From Escherichia phage moha, in sequence record MN850590.1: a DNA stretch of 64,000 nt; one strand, written 5' to 3'. Positions 1 through 8,804 of the stretch are shown piece after piece. A model generated the notes under the pieces. The model saw nothing but the letters and a program-made list of their open reading frames with translations. It was not told the origin of the DNA and made no database searches. The translations under genes were made by a program, and so were the position numbers. Position 1 is the first letter of the stretch. Every line of letters starts with the position of its first letter.

Positions 1-41
1 GTTAGAATTAACTCTCTTATACTGAATTGAAAGGAAAAATA

Positions 42-563
42 ATGGCACACTTTAACGAATGTTCACAACTTATTTCTGGTGTTGATAAAGCAGAAGAAGC
101 TTATTTTAATGCTCTGATTCACGAAGATAAAGACCCACTGCAGGTAATGCTTGATATGCAGAAATCTTTACAGGTTCGTCTGGCAAATGACAAGCCTGAA
201 CATAACAAACATCCTGATGAATTGGTCACTGCTGGCGATGTTGTTGATTGGCTGCGTAATCAGAAAGATTATATTGATGATGAATTCCGTGAACTGCTGA
301 CTTCACTTGGTGGTATGAGCAATGGTGAAAAAGCCGCTAGCTCTGTATGGAAGCCATGGAAAGCACAACATGCTGAATATCGAAATCGTCGTATCGATGA
401 ACTGTCTCCTGAAGACCAGCTTGAAATTAAATTTGAAATGATTGATATTCTGCACTTCGTTCTGAACATGTTCCAAGGTCTGGGTCTTTCTGCTGAAGAA
501 ATCTTTAAACTGTATTATCTGAAGAATGCTGAAAACTTTGCTCGTCAAGACCGAGGTTATTAA
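42..563 (+). CDS. 56: dCTP pyrophosphatase (MazG-like dCTPase, gp56)
   Basis: MazG-like acidic helix motif KFEMIDILHFVLNMF; length and sequence closely resemble T4 gp56 from memory; start moved to ATG at 42 behind an AGGA RBS. Confidence 0.8.
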   Translation: MAHFNECSQLISGVDKAEEAYFNALIHEDKDPLQVMLDMQKSLQVRLANDKPEHNKHPDELVTAGDVVDWLRNQKDYIDDEFRELLTSLGGMSNGEKAASSVWKPWKAQHAEYRNRRIDELSPEDQLEIKFEMIDILHFVLNMFQGLGLSAEEIFKLYYLKNAENFARQDRGY

Positions 564-736
564 TGGCTCGTTTAAATAAACGTCAGCTTAAGAAAGCTCA
601 TAAGAAACGTATTGACCAACTATTTAAAAATGATAACAGTGAGCTTATTTGTAAGCTCCTGTCTAATCAGCTTCAGCATGTTAGTCAATTATCAGACCAT
701 CTACATATGGTTGATTGGGTTGCAAATGAAACTTGA
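563..736 (+). CDS. hypothetical small basic protein
   Basis: ATG overlaps gene 56 stop (TAATG); about 57 codons; below ORF-track cutoff. Confidence 0.3.
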   Translation: MARLNKRQLKKAHKKRIDQLFKNDNSELICKLLSNQLQHVSQLSDHLHMVDWVANET

Positions 737-950
737 TTTTTATGCATGGCAAAAAGCCGGGAGACCGGCTAATAAAGCATTCGGCTCTGATGGATATAAT
801 ACTAGACTCCACTGGAAATTTAATACTCCAGATGATTATTCTCCGGTAATAATTAACGGTGATGTTGTTATATTAGCTAAATTCGGATATTTTATTGTCC
901 CGAAGAAATTCATTATAAATACACCTGTAATTAAACAACAAAGGAGTTAA
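726..950 (+). CDS. hypothetical protein
   Basis: first ATG inside ORF-track 612..950, whose own start is a TTG; overlaps preceding small ORF. Confidence 0.35.
   Translation: MKLDFYAWQKAGRPANKAFGSDGYNTRLHWKFNTPDDYSPVIINGDVVILAKFGYFIVPKKFIINTPVIKQQRS
914..921 (+). promoter_or_regulatory. late promoter TATAAATA upstream of soc
   Basis: exact TATAAATA about 30 nt upstream of soc ATG. Confidence 0.55.
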
Positions 951-952
951 TT

Positions 953-1189
953 ATGGGTGGTTATGTAAACATCAAAACCTTTACGCATCCTGCTGGTGAA
1001 GGTAAAGAAGTTAAAGGTATGGAAGTTTCTGTGCCGTTTGAGATTTATTCAAACGAACATCGGATTGCAGATTCTCATTATCAGACCTTTCCTTCTGAAA
1101 AGGCGGCATATTCTACTGTAGTTTCTGATGCAGCTGACTGGAAAACTAAGAATGCTGCAATGTTTACCCCTACACCAGTAAGTGGTTAA
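953..1189 (+). CDS. soc: small outer capsid protein Soc
   Basis: 78 aa; GYVNIKTF and HYQTFPSEKAAYSTV motifs match T4 Soc as remembered. Confidence 0.8.
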   Translation: MGGYVNIKTFTHPAGEGKEVKGMEVSVPFEIYSNEHRIADSHYQTFPSEKAAYSTVVSDAADWKTKNAAMFTPTPVSG

Positions 1190-1198
1190 ATAATTTAA

Positions 1199-1224
1199 GG
1201 AATCCTTCGGGATTCCTTTTTTTT
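1199..1224 (+). terminator. intrinsic terminator (UUCG tetraloop hairpin plus T-run)
   Basis: ggaatcc-ttcg-ggattcc followed by 8 T. Confidence 0.7.
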
Positions 1225-1233
1225 GTTTCTACA

Positions 1234-1263
1234 GTTTACAACCGCTAAAAACTGTGTTAAGAT
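1234..1263 (+). promoter_or_regulatory. T4-type early promoter
   Basis: GTTTACA -35, about 18 bp spacer, TAAGAT -10. Confidence 0.5.
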
Positions 1264-1291
1264 ATTCTTACTTACTCAAGAGGAGAACAAT

Positions 1292-1519
1292 ATGTTAAAT
1301 CGTTGGATTAAACCTAATAACACATTAGGTGCTTTGATTGCTCAAGAAGTTTCGTTGAAATACGGTCTTGGATATTACGATGATGTAGTCGTACACTCAT
1401 TCATGATGGATGGCGAAGACGTCAAATTTAATGCCGAAATCCGTTGGGATGATGGTGGTGTTCGTTTTGTTCGAGGAACAATTAATGCTTACGATACTGA
1501 AGAAGTTGTTTGCTGTTAA
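1292..1519 (+). CDS. hypothetical protein
   Basis: ATG with AGGAGA RBS; ORF-track start is TTG upstream. Confidence 0.45.
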   Translation: MLNRWIKPNNTLGALIAQEVSLKYGLGYYDDVVVHSFMMDGEDVKFNAEIRWDDGGVRFVRGTINAYDTEEVVCC

Positions 1520-1532
1520 GCCAGGCGAAGGT

Positions 1533-1733
1533 ATGATGCCTATTCCTGATACACACGAAAAAAGTTGGGAATATATCGGTGACGGAATGATGGAAGAAGT
1601 TGTTCGTCCAAAAACAAAACAGGTTAATGCTTCAAGCTCTTCCGATTATAATCATTCATACGTATCGTCTTGGCCTGGTGATTCCGGGTCAAGTTATTCT
1701 GATTGTGGTTCAAGCTCAGGGAGCTGCGAATGA
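1533..1733 (+). CDS. hypothetical Ser-rich small protein
   Basis: first ATG after previous stop, GAAGG RBS. Confidence 0.4.
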   Translation: MMPIPDTHEKSWEYIGDGMMEEVVRPKTKQVNASSSSDYNHSYVSSWPGDSGSSYSDCGSSSGSCE

Positions 1734-1909
1734 ACAAGATAGTTAAATGGTTTAAAAGCTGGGACGATGGTGTCGGTCCAGAAGATTGGCTGGATGTTCT
1801 TGAAGAGAATATGGCTAAAGAATTCCAGAAACATGAAGAAAAGCTCGTCGAAGATGAAGGCGAACGTATTGTAAAACTTTATATGGGTGAACCATCGAGG
1901 AAATTATAA
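1730..1909 (+). CDS. hypothetical protein
   Basis: ATGA start-stop overlap with upstream ORF. Confidence 0.4.
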   Translation: MNKIVKWFKSWDDGVGPEDWLDVLEENMAKEFQKHEEKLVEDEGERIVKLYMGEPSRKL

Positions 1910-2373
1910 TGGATGCTATGTTATTTAAAATGTATTTGCTTGAAGCCAAGTCGTTTAAACATATACCAGTAGAAGATAAGACTCCACTAGAAATAGCTAT
2001 TCTCATTAACAAAAGTCTAAATAATCCGCAATATATCGTAGAAGAATTCTGCAAATTGCAGATTCCTAAAGGTTACAAAATTCGTGTAGAGCGAGTTGGA
2101 GCTATTACTCGTTCTAAAAATTCTCCGTTTAGTCTTGAAGAAGGCATAAAGGACTTAGGTTATGAATCTACGGAAAATGCCGTTTATGCGAATCCTGAAA
2201 AGCGTTTAGACTTGTTTGAAAAGCGAGACCACAAGTATTTTGCCAAAAAATACTTTATTACATCATTAGCAGATTTAATCCATTTGCAACGAGCTATTTG
2301 GAAATTTTTTAAGACAAAAGGTGTAGCACTAGAAACATTCTCTGAACCTGCTAGTTTTTATTTAGGTGAATAA
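1909..2373 (+). CDS. hypothetical protein (at the map position of T4 mrh)
   Basis: 154 aa; TAATG overlap; position between soc and modB-like genes. Confidence 0.5.
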   Translation: MDAMLFKMYLLEAKSFKHIPVEDKTPLEIAILINKSLNNPQYIVEEFCKLQIPKGYKIRVERVGAITRSKNSPFSLEEGIKDLGYESTENAVYANPEKRLDLFEKRDHKYFAKKYFITSLADLIHLQRAIWKFFKTKGVALETFSEPASFYLGE

Positions 2374-2374
2374 T

Positions 2375-2554
2375 ATGGACCTTATGAGTATGTTTGACGA
2401 GCCTGAAGTTGAGGCTCCTAAAGTGCATCGTAGTGAACTTGTTGATGAACTAGATAGTATTATACAGCGTCATGGATTTAGTTTACCATTAGATGTCCTG
2501 AAAGACCTCGCCTCTTATTATGATGACCCTCCACCATGGAGTCCTTGGAAATGA
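2375..2554 (+). CDS. hypothetical acidic protein
   Basis: ATG with AGGTGA RBS. Confidence 0.4.
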   Translation: MDLMSMFDEPEVEAPKVHRSELVDELDSIIQRHGFSLPLDVLKDLASYYDDPPPWSPWK

Positions 2555-2715
2555 AAGAGAAATTGAAAGAGAAATTCTTACTAGAAATCAAGGAAAAAGA
2601 CTTTGAGACATGGTATCGAATGGTGAAAGGGTTGACATTGCTTTTTAAAGCATCCTTATTCATGTTAGAACAACCTGGTCCTGATGGTCCTTTAGTAGGA
2701 AAGCTTAAAAAGTAG
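2551..2715 (+). CDS. hypothetical small protein
   Basis: ATGA overlap with preceding ORF; 54 codons; not in ORF track. Confidence 0.3.
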   Translation: MKEKLKEKFLLEIKEKDFETWYRMVKGLTLLFKASLFMLEQPGPDGPLVGKLKK

Positions 2716-2743
2716 TTTACATTCCCTCCTCTCGTGTTATGAT
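2715..2743 (+). promoter_or_regulatory. T4-type early promoter
   Basis: GTTTAC, 17 bp spacer, TATGAT. Confidence 0.55.
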
Positions 2744-2770
2744 AGGCTTATCTTTAAATGGAGGTCTATC

Positions 2771-3352
2771 ATGACATGTCAATCTGAACTTCAAGAACGT
2801 GAATACCTAACAAATCTGATTGATAGCAAATTCACCCGCCAAGAACAAAACATTCTCTGGGCTTGCACCGATTCTAAGGAAGACCCGGATTTCCACTATG
2901 AATTAGACCATCTTGTTCGTAAGCATATGACTTCTACAGTACCAGTAGAACTCTACCGTGGTGTAACTCCAGAAGAAGTAGAACGTCTTTCACTTCTTTC
3001 TGTTGGATGCCATTGGTCTCCTGGACGAGTAACATCGTTCACAACTGATTTCAGTACAGCTCGTCAATTCTCTGGGAGATGGGAATATCAGACGTACACT
3101 ATTCTTAGTCTCAGGAATGCTCCATTCATTTTTGATTACTACCAAAACATGATTAACATTGTACTCGCCGGAAAGAACCCTAAGCATGTTATGGAAGAAA
3201 AGCGTGTTGACGTCTTAGATATGATTGAATCCGAACAAGAGTACATGGTCTCAGGTATCTCTAGATTTGAGATTGTGGAAATTGAAGACTTAGAATATGA
3301 CCCTTTATCTCGATTATACAAAATCATTCATTTGAAAATGTTGAATTTTTAG
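2771..3352 (+). CDS. modB: ADP-ribosyltransferase, ModB-like
   Basis: paralog of the next ORF; YRG motif; position between soc and srd as in T4. Confidence 0.55.
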   Translation: MTCQSELQEREYLTNLIDSKFTRQEQNILWACTDSKEDPDFHYELDHLVRKHMTSTVPVELYRGVTPEEVERLSLLSVGCHWSPGRVTSFTTDFSTARQFSGRWEYQTYTILSLRNAPFIFDYYQNMINIVLAGKNPKHVMEEKRVDVLDMIESEQEYMVSGISRFEIVEIEDLEYDPLSRLYKIIHLKMLNF

Positions 3353-3382
3353 TGTACAAACTCTTCCAATGATGATACTATT
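3352..3382 (+). promoter_or_regulatory. T4-type early promoter
   Basis: GTGTACA -35 and GATACTAT -10 region. Confidence 0.5.
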
Positions 3383-3410
3383 ACCTTTATCAACCACAGG
3401 AGAAACCTAA

Positions 3411-4019
3411 ATGTTTATGCCGTATAACGAGTGTGAAATTGAAGAAATGGTTCGTCGTGCTCAAAACCCCGAATATCAAGATGTATTGCAGTACGAAATT
3501 GATAGTCAATTCAGCGACATTGAACAAAGTGTACTGTGGCAGTGTATGGAAAACAAGCCAGACTGTATTCAACAGGAGTTAAGTTCAATCGTTCGTAGAA
3601 ATTGGACGTCTTCTGTTCCTGAGACAATGTATCGTGGAATCTCTAAGAAAACTATGGCCACACTTGATGATAAAGGCATTGGTAGTATTATTAAATTTGA
3701 CAGAGTAATGAGCTTCAGCCCAGTGTTCGGTGTAGCACGTAACTTTGCTTCGTATAATTTTTACGGAACATTTAATATGTTCTGCATCAAAGATGCACCA
3801 TTTGCTTTCAACTTCCGTGAACATATGCTTAACATGATTCTGGCTGCGCCATCTTGTGAGTTCAATGGAGCTTTCCCTGAAGCGACAAGACGGTCTAATG
3901 CTAGACTTATATCCGACGAATGTGAATTTATGCTCCCTATAGGGACTACACTGCGTGTAGATTCTATTATTCAGGATGGACGTTATACAATCTGGAATCT
4001 GTCTATTGTCAGTTACTGA
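3411..4019 (+). CDS. modA: ADP-ribosyltransferase, ModA-like
   Basis: paralog of 2771..3352; YRG motif; position directly upstream of srd. Confidence 0.55.
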   Translation: MFMPYNECEIEEMVRRAQNPEYQDVLQYEIDSQFSDIEQSVLWQCMENKPDCIQQELSSIVRRNWTSSVPETMYRGISKKTMATLDDKGIGSIIKFDRVMSFSPVFGVARNFASYNFYGTFNMFCIKDAPFAFNFREHMLNMILAAPSCEFNGAFPEATRRSNARLISDECEFMLPIGTTLRVDSIIQDGRYTIWNLSIVSY

Positions 4020-4093
4020 CTGAATTGGAATAACCGAATGGAACTCAGAACCATTATAACACATAAAAAATTAAAGCATTTTACGAAAAAAGA

Positions 4094-4122
4094 GTGTACA
4101 CTACCTGAGGGCATGATATTAT
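4094..4122 (+). promoter_or_regulatory. T4-type early promoter
   Basis: GTGTAC, 17 bp spacer, TATTAT. Confidence 0.5.
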
Positions 4123-4172
4123 AAGCTTATCAGCTAAATGACCTTAACGTCCGTAAGACAGAGGAAAATATT

Positions 4173-4919
4173 ATGTTATCAAATAATAAAATTAACAAAA
4201 TCAATCGTCGTCTTGACCACACCAGAGCTTCTGCGAAGAGACGCTCTAAGGATTTTAACTTAGACTTTAATTACCTTAAAAACATTCTTGATCAAAAGGT
4301 CTGCGCTTACTCAGGTGAATCTTTTAATAACTCTGTTGAAGGTGAGAAATTATCCTTAGAACGTTTTAATAATGATATAGGCTACATTAAAGGTAATGTT
4401 ATCCCAGTTAAGAAAAAATATAACACGGCTCGTTCTGATTTAACACTAGAAGAACTTATTGAGAAACGTGACGCTGTTGCAAGACGTATTGCTAATCCTT
4501 CTGCCCGTAAAGTAGAGAAACTTAATCTCGACGAGAAGAAATGGGCCCAAATTAAAAAGGTTTACGGTACTATTTTAAAAATCCGAGCAAAACGTGAAAA
4601 TCGTGTTAAGCATATGGCGAACATGATGAAAAATCAACCTTTATCTAACGAATCTAAACTTAGAATTGTTGCTTTGAAAGCACGCATTAATGGCTCACAT
4701 CAAGCAGAAGGCCATGAACTTACTAAACTCAACGTTCTTCTTAAAGGCTCTGACTGGAAAACTAAAACTAAATTAACTGACGCTGAATCGCTTTTCGATA
4801 CATATGATAAAGTTATCCAAGGTCTGCAACGTTTTGAAAAGATTGGTTTCATTGGTAAATTAAAATTGAAACGTGGCTTACCACTTAGCGCATCATTATT
4901 CCAACTGATTAAAGGTTAA
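4173..4919 (+). CDS. srd: Srd-like protein
   Basis: 248 aa; position between modA and dda.1 as in T4. Confidence 0.5.
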   Translation: MLSNNKINKINRRLDHTRASAKRRSKDFNLDFNYLKNILDQKVCAYSGESFNNSVEGEKLSLERFNNDIGYIKGNVIPVKKKYNTARSDLTLEELIEKRDAVARRIANPSARKVEKLNLDEKKWAQIKKVYGTILKIRAKRENRVKHMANMMKNQPLSNESKLRIVALKARINGSHQAEGHELTKLNVLLKGSDWKTKTKLTDAESLFDTYDKVIQGLQRFEKIGFIGKLKLKRGLPLSASLFQLIKG

Positions 4920-4921
4920 TT

Positions 4922-5233
4922 ATGGTTTATGTATATGCAATAGTTTATCGAGATATGGAAGGATTTACTGTCCCGGTTCCACTTGATGAGCATCGTCCTG
5001 CAGTATTTTTTAGAAAGGATATTGCAGATAAAGTTTTCGATACTTTGAAAACACAGTATAAAACAGATTTAAAAATGGGAGTTCTAAGAATGGTCGAAAC
5101 TCCGCGTAAGTTCTGGTTTAATAAGCTTGAAATGAAACACGTTAAACTAGATGCGGAGACGCAAAGATTGTATCAACGAATCCTAGACACAGGCCGTATT
5201 GTTAGTATTCCAATTGCAGGGACTTTACGATGA
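4922..5233 (+). CDS. hypothetical protein (dda.1 position)
   Basis: 103 aa; ATGA overlap with dda start. Confidence 0.5.
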   Translation: MVYVYAIVYRDMEGFTVPVPLDEHRPAVFFRKDIADKVFDTLKTQYKTDLKMGVLRMVETPRKFWFNKLEMKHVKLDAETQRLYQRILDTGRIVSIPIAGTLR

Positions 5234-6543
5234 CATTTGATGATTTGACTGAAGGCCAGAAAAACGCCTTCAACGTTGTTATGGAAGCTATTAAAGAAAA
5301 GAAACATCATGTAACTATTAATGGACCGGCTGGTACAGGTAAAACAACACTTACTAGATTTATTGTTGAAGCTCTTATTTCTTCAGGAGAATCAGGTATT
5401 ATTTTAGCAGCCCCTACACATGCTGCTAAAAAGGTTCTAAGCAAACTTGCTGGTCAAGAAGCATCGACTATTCATAGCATTCTTAAAATCAACCCAACTA
5501 CATACGAAGAAAACGTATTGTTTGAACAGAAAAAGGTTCCCGACTTAGCCTTGTGTCGTGTACTGTTATTTGATGAAGCGTCAATGTGCGACCGTTCTCT
5601 GTTTAAAATAATGTTAGCTAGTATCCCTAAATGGTGTACAGTAATTGGAATCGGCGACAGATGCCAGATTCGTCCGGTAGACCCAGGCGAATCAACTGCG
5701 TATCTAAGTCCTTTCTTCACTCACAAAGACTTCGTGCAATGCAACCTTACAGAAGTTAAACGTAGCAATGCACCAATTATTGATGTTGCGACTGATATTC
5801 GTAATGGCAAATGGATTTATGATAAAGTAGTTGATGGGCACGGTGTTCATGGATATACAGACCTTAAATCGTATATGATGAACTATTTTAACGTCGTTAA
5901 AACTCCTGAAGACCTTTTCGAAAATCGAATGATGGCATTCACAAATAAGTCGGTGGATAAGTTAAATTCAATTATTCGCCGAAAACTTCTTGAAACAGAA
6001 AAACCATTTATTAAAGACGAAGTCATTGTTCTACAAGAGCCGTTTACTAAGACGTACAAGCTAGATGGTAAAAATATGACCGAAATGCTTTTCAATAACG
6101 GGCAATTCGTTCGTATTCGAGATGCTGTAGAAACGTCTACATTCGTTAAAGCACGTGGTGTTTCAGGCGAATATATGATACGATACTGGAATCTTACAGT
6201 AGAAACATATGGTGATGATGAAGAATACATCCGCGAGGATATAAAGGTTATTTCTTCTGAAGAAGAGCTTTATAAATTCAATTTGTTTTTGGCTAAGACC
6301 GCAGAAACATACAAATTCTGGAATAAAGGTGGTAAAGCCCCATGGAGCGAATTCTGGGATGCTAAACGCATGTTCACTAAGGTGAAGGCACTACCTGTAT
6401 CAACCTTCCATAAGGCCCAGGGTATATCTGTTGACACGGCCTTTGTTTATACACCGTGTATCCATTATGCCGATTCAGAATTAGCCAAACAATTACTATA
6501 TGTCGGCACTACTCGTGGTCGTTTTGACGTCCATTTTATTTGA
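5230..6543 (+). CDS. dda: Dda DNA helicase (SF1B)
   Basis: Walker A NGPAGTGKTT; 437 aa versus T4 Dda 439 aa. Confidence 0.9.
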   Translation: MTFDDLTEGQKNAFNVVMEAIKEKKHHVTINGPAGTGKTTLTRFIVEALISSGESGIILAAPTHAAKKVLSKLAGQEASTIHSILKINPTTYEENVLFEQKKVPDLALCRVLLFDEASMCDRSLFKIMLASIPKWCTVIGIGDRCQIRPVDPGESTAYLSPFFTHKDFVQCNLTEVKRSNAPIIDVATDIRNGKWIYDKVVDGHGVHGYTDLKSYMMNYFNVVKTPEDLFENRMMAFTNKSVDKLNSIIRRKLLETEKPFIKDEVIVLQEPFTKTYKLDGKNMTEMLFNNGQFVRIRDAVETSTFVKARGVSGEYMIRYWNLTVETYGDDEEYIREDIKVISSEEELYKFNLFLAKTAETYKFWNKGGKAPWSEFWDAKRMFTKVKALPVSTFHKAQGISVDTAFVYTPCIHYADSELAKQLLYVGTTRGRFDVHFI

Positions 6544-6552
6544 GAGAAAATT

Positions 6553-7230
6553 ATGAGCACTGATGTTATTATAGATTTTGAAACATTCGGCAATACATCA
6601 AAAGCGGCTGTTATTGACCTTGCGGTTATTGCATATAATTCGGACCCTGAAGTTGTTGAAACATTTGAAGAACTTGTTCAACGAGGTAAGCGAATTAAAT
6701 TTAATTTAGCTTCTCAAAAAGGGAAGCGAGTTTTCGCTAAATCAACTATGAAATGGTGGAAAGAACAATCGGCTGAAGCGCGTAAAAACTTGGCCCCGTC
6801 TGAAGACGATGTCACTACGCTTGAAGGCATTAAAATCTTTTTAGATTATTGTCGAGCTAATAAAGTTGACCAATGGAAATCACAGATGTGGTGCCGTGGT
6901 ATGAGCTTTGACTTCCCGATCTTGGTCGATTTGATTCGTGACCTCTATCGTGATGAAGGTGTTCTTGAACCAGATATTGATACTGATAAATTAGAACCTG
7001 TTAAATTCTGGGCTCAACGTGATATTCGTACGGCAATCGAAGCTTACTCGTTGACACGAGGATTAAGTATGTGTCCATTACCGATGGGTACGCTAAAAGG
7101 ATTCGTTGCTCATGATAGTATTCATGATTGTGCTAAAGATATTTTGATGTTAAAATATGCTCAGCGTTATGCGCTTGGCCTTGAAGATGTCCCTGAGAAT
7201 CCTGACCCGTTAAGTGTAAAACAGCGATAA
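6553..7230 (+). CDS. dexA: exonuclease A (DEDD/DnaQ-like 3'-5' exonuclease)
   Basis: IIDFETFG Exo I motif; 225 aa; directly downstream of dda. Confidence 0.8.
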   Translation: MSTDVIIDFETFGNTSKAAVIDLAVIAYNSDPEVVETFEELVQRGKRIKFNLASQKGKRVFAKSTMKWWKEQSAEARKNLAPSEDDVTTLEGIKIFLDYCRANKVDQWKSQMWCRGMSFDFPILVDLIRDLYRDEGVLEPDIDTDKLEPVKFWAQRDIRTAIEAYSLTRGLSMCPLPMGTLKGFVAHDSIHDCAKDILMLKYAQRYALGLEDVPENPDPLSVKQR

Positions 7231-7235
7231 AATCA

Positions 7236-7265
7236 GTTTACAACCAAGGATGGTTGGAGTATAAT
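7236..7265 (+). promoter_or_regulatory. T4-type early promoter
   Basis: GTTTAC, 18 bp spacer with palindrome ccaaggatggttgg, TATAAT. Confidence 0.6.
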
Positions 7266-7296
7266 GAATCTATCTTAACCAAACAGGAAAAACATT

Positions 7297-7791
7297 ATGA
7301 ATATCAATACTACGGCTACTTACATCCTGAAAGACGAAAAACAAATCAACTGGTACGGTGCTTCAGTGCGAGCTTATGAAAAGTTTTGTGAAATTTTAGG
7401 TGCCACTCAAGGTAATAGTTTCACTATTGTTAACTTCATCAAACAAGCTGAAGGCCCTTGGTTATTCTTAGAAATTAAAAATTCACACGGTACAATTTCT
7501 ACTACCGCCATTCCAAGCACCGACTTTGAACTGTTGATTGAAGAAGTAGAACCTGTTAAAGACATCTGTATTGATACGGATATCGCTTGTATGTACGGTA
7601 CTCTGATTAAGCCTATTGAGCCTACTGATTTGCTGTGTAAATATGTTTCAATTCGACGCCCATTCGCTGGTCCAGTAAATGGATGGGTAACTGATCAGTG
7701 GATTGAAGACGGTGTTGAACTTCTGAACGTTGTTCATGCAGGTGATTTTAGTGTAGTTCCACGTAGTGCTGTGGTTAATATTCTAAATTAA
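7297..7791 (+). CDS. hypothetical protein, tandem paralog family member 1
   Basis: C-terminal motif WVTDQWIEDGVELLNVVHAGDFSVVP shared with the next two ORFs. Confidence 0.6.
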   Translation: MNINTTATYILKDEKQINWYGASVRAYEKFCEILGATQGNSFTIVNFIKQAEGPWLFLEIKNSHGTISTTAIPSTDFELLIEEVEPVKDICIDTDIACMYGTLIKPIEPTDLLCKYVSIRRPFAGPVNGWVTDQWIEDGVELLNVVHAGDFSVVPRSAVVNILN

Positions 7792-7793
7792 TG

Positions 7794-7823
7794 TTGTACA
7801 TCCAAGGATGGATGGAGTATAGT
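7794..7823 (+). promoter_or_regulatory. T4-type early promoter
   Basis: TTGTACA, spacer palindrome ccaaggatggatgg, TATAGT. Confidence 0.55.
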
Positions 7824-7851
7824 GAATTCAATTTAAACAAAGAGAGAAATT

Positions 7852-8316
7852 ATGATTACTATTGGTGAAATTAAGCGTGTATCGACAGCGTCTCGTTCTA
7901 AAGCTGCAGGAAAGCTGGTTGAAGTAGTAGGACTTCGTACTAATGGCATGGGCCGTATTAAAGAAGTTAAAGTTCGAATCATTCCTAGTTCTGGAAAAAC
8001 TGAAACTCAGTTCGCCTATGTAAGTCCTAAATTCTTGGAAACTCGTGTAAGTGCCCACTTTGCTTCAAGCGATATCGTTGAGCCTACTACACAGTTCAAA
8101 TGGGCCTTATGTAAAGGTGTTGAATTCCAGACTGATAAAGAATTTGACTTCATCGATGAATACGGTTATCCAAGCAAAACTGATACTATGTGTGGCTTCA
8201 TTAGCGACCAATGGGTTGAAGATGGTAAAAAGCTATACAATATTGTATTCTTAGGTGACTTCCGAGTTGTTGAAGAATCTGAAATCACTCGCTATGTGTC
8301 TCCTCGTAAAGCTTAA
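7852..8316 (+). CDS. hypothetical protein, tandem paralog family member 2
   Basis: shares N-terminal ASRSKAAGKLVEV and C-terminal FISDQWVEDG motifs with member 3. Confidence 0.6.
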   Translation: MITIGEIKRVSTASRSKAAGKLVEVVGLRTNGMGRIKEVKVRIIPSSGKTETQFAYVSPKFLETRVSAHFASSDIVEPTTQFKWALCKGVEFQTDKEFDFIDEYGYPSKTDTMCGFISDQWVEDGKKLYNIVFLGDFRVVEESEITRYVSPRKA

Positions 8317-8325
8317 GGAATTATT

Positions 8326-8745
8326 ATGAATATTGTAAATCTCTCTACAGGTGATTACGTACACGTATCGGATGCTTCTCGCTCTAAAGTTGCCGGGAAG
8401 TTGGTTGAAGTTCTTTCTGTGAGTGATCCGGTTTTTGGACGTAACGAAGTTAAAGTTCGTGACGCCGATGGTAACATTGGTTACGTCTCAAGCCAGTTCA
8501 TTGAACCAGAAGAAAAAGCGTTCAAATGGAAACTGTGCAGGTCAGTTTTAGTTGTAAAAGATCATGAATTTACTATTGCTGCCGCAACTGATGGGTCTCC
8601 ATGGACAACGAATCAAGTCGCTGGTTTTATTTCAGACCAATGGGTTGAAGATGGTGTTAAGCTTTATAACATCGTTTTCGCCGGACAGTTCATGGTAGTT
8701 CCTGAATTCCAAATCAAAGGATATAGCCAAGCATCTTTTGCATAA
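8326..8745 (+). CDS. hypothetical protein, tandem paralog family member 3
   Basis: shares both motifs with member 2. Confidence 0.6.
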   Translation: MNIVNLSTGDYVHVSDASRSKVAGKLVEVLSVSDPVFGRNEVKVRDADGNIGYVSSQFIEPEEKAFKWKLCRSVLVVKDHEFTIAAATDGSPWTTNQVAGFISDQWVEDGVKLYNIVFAGQFMVVPEFQIKGYSQASFA

Positions 8746-8749
8746 AGTA

Positions 8750-8778
8750 GTTTACTTCTCCTCTGGTTTTGATATTAT
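8750..8778 (+). promoter_or_regulatory. T4-type early promoter
   Basis: GTTTAC, 17 bp spacer, TATTAT; lies inside a 13 bp inverted repeat whose distal arm contains the RBS. Confidence 0.55.
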
Positions 8779-8804
8779 AACCATATCAACCAGAGGAGAA
8801 TAAT

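Noticed and set aside
269-548. Minus-strand ORFs 269..469 and 303..548 inside gene 56
   Set aside because: Antisense to a well-supported gene, with no RBS or promoter context. The same reasoning applies to the other short antisense ORFs in the track that lie inside well-supported genes, for example 5472..5720, 10973..11251, 13178..13402 and 41413..41616.
612-950. ORF-track 112 aa ORF starting at 612
   Set aside because: Its start is a TTG with no RBS and its N-terminus overlaps a better-supported small ORF in another frame. An ATG at 726 with start-stop overlap is preferred.
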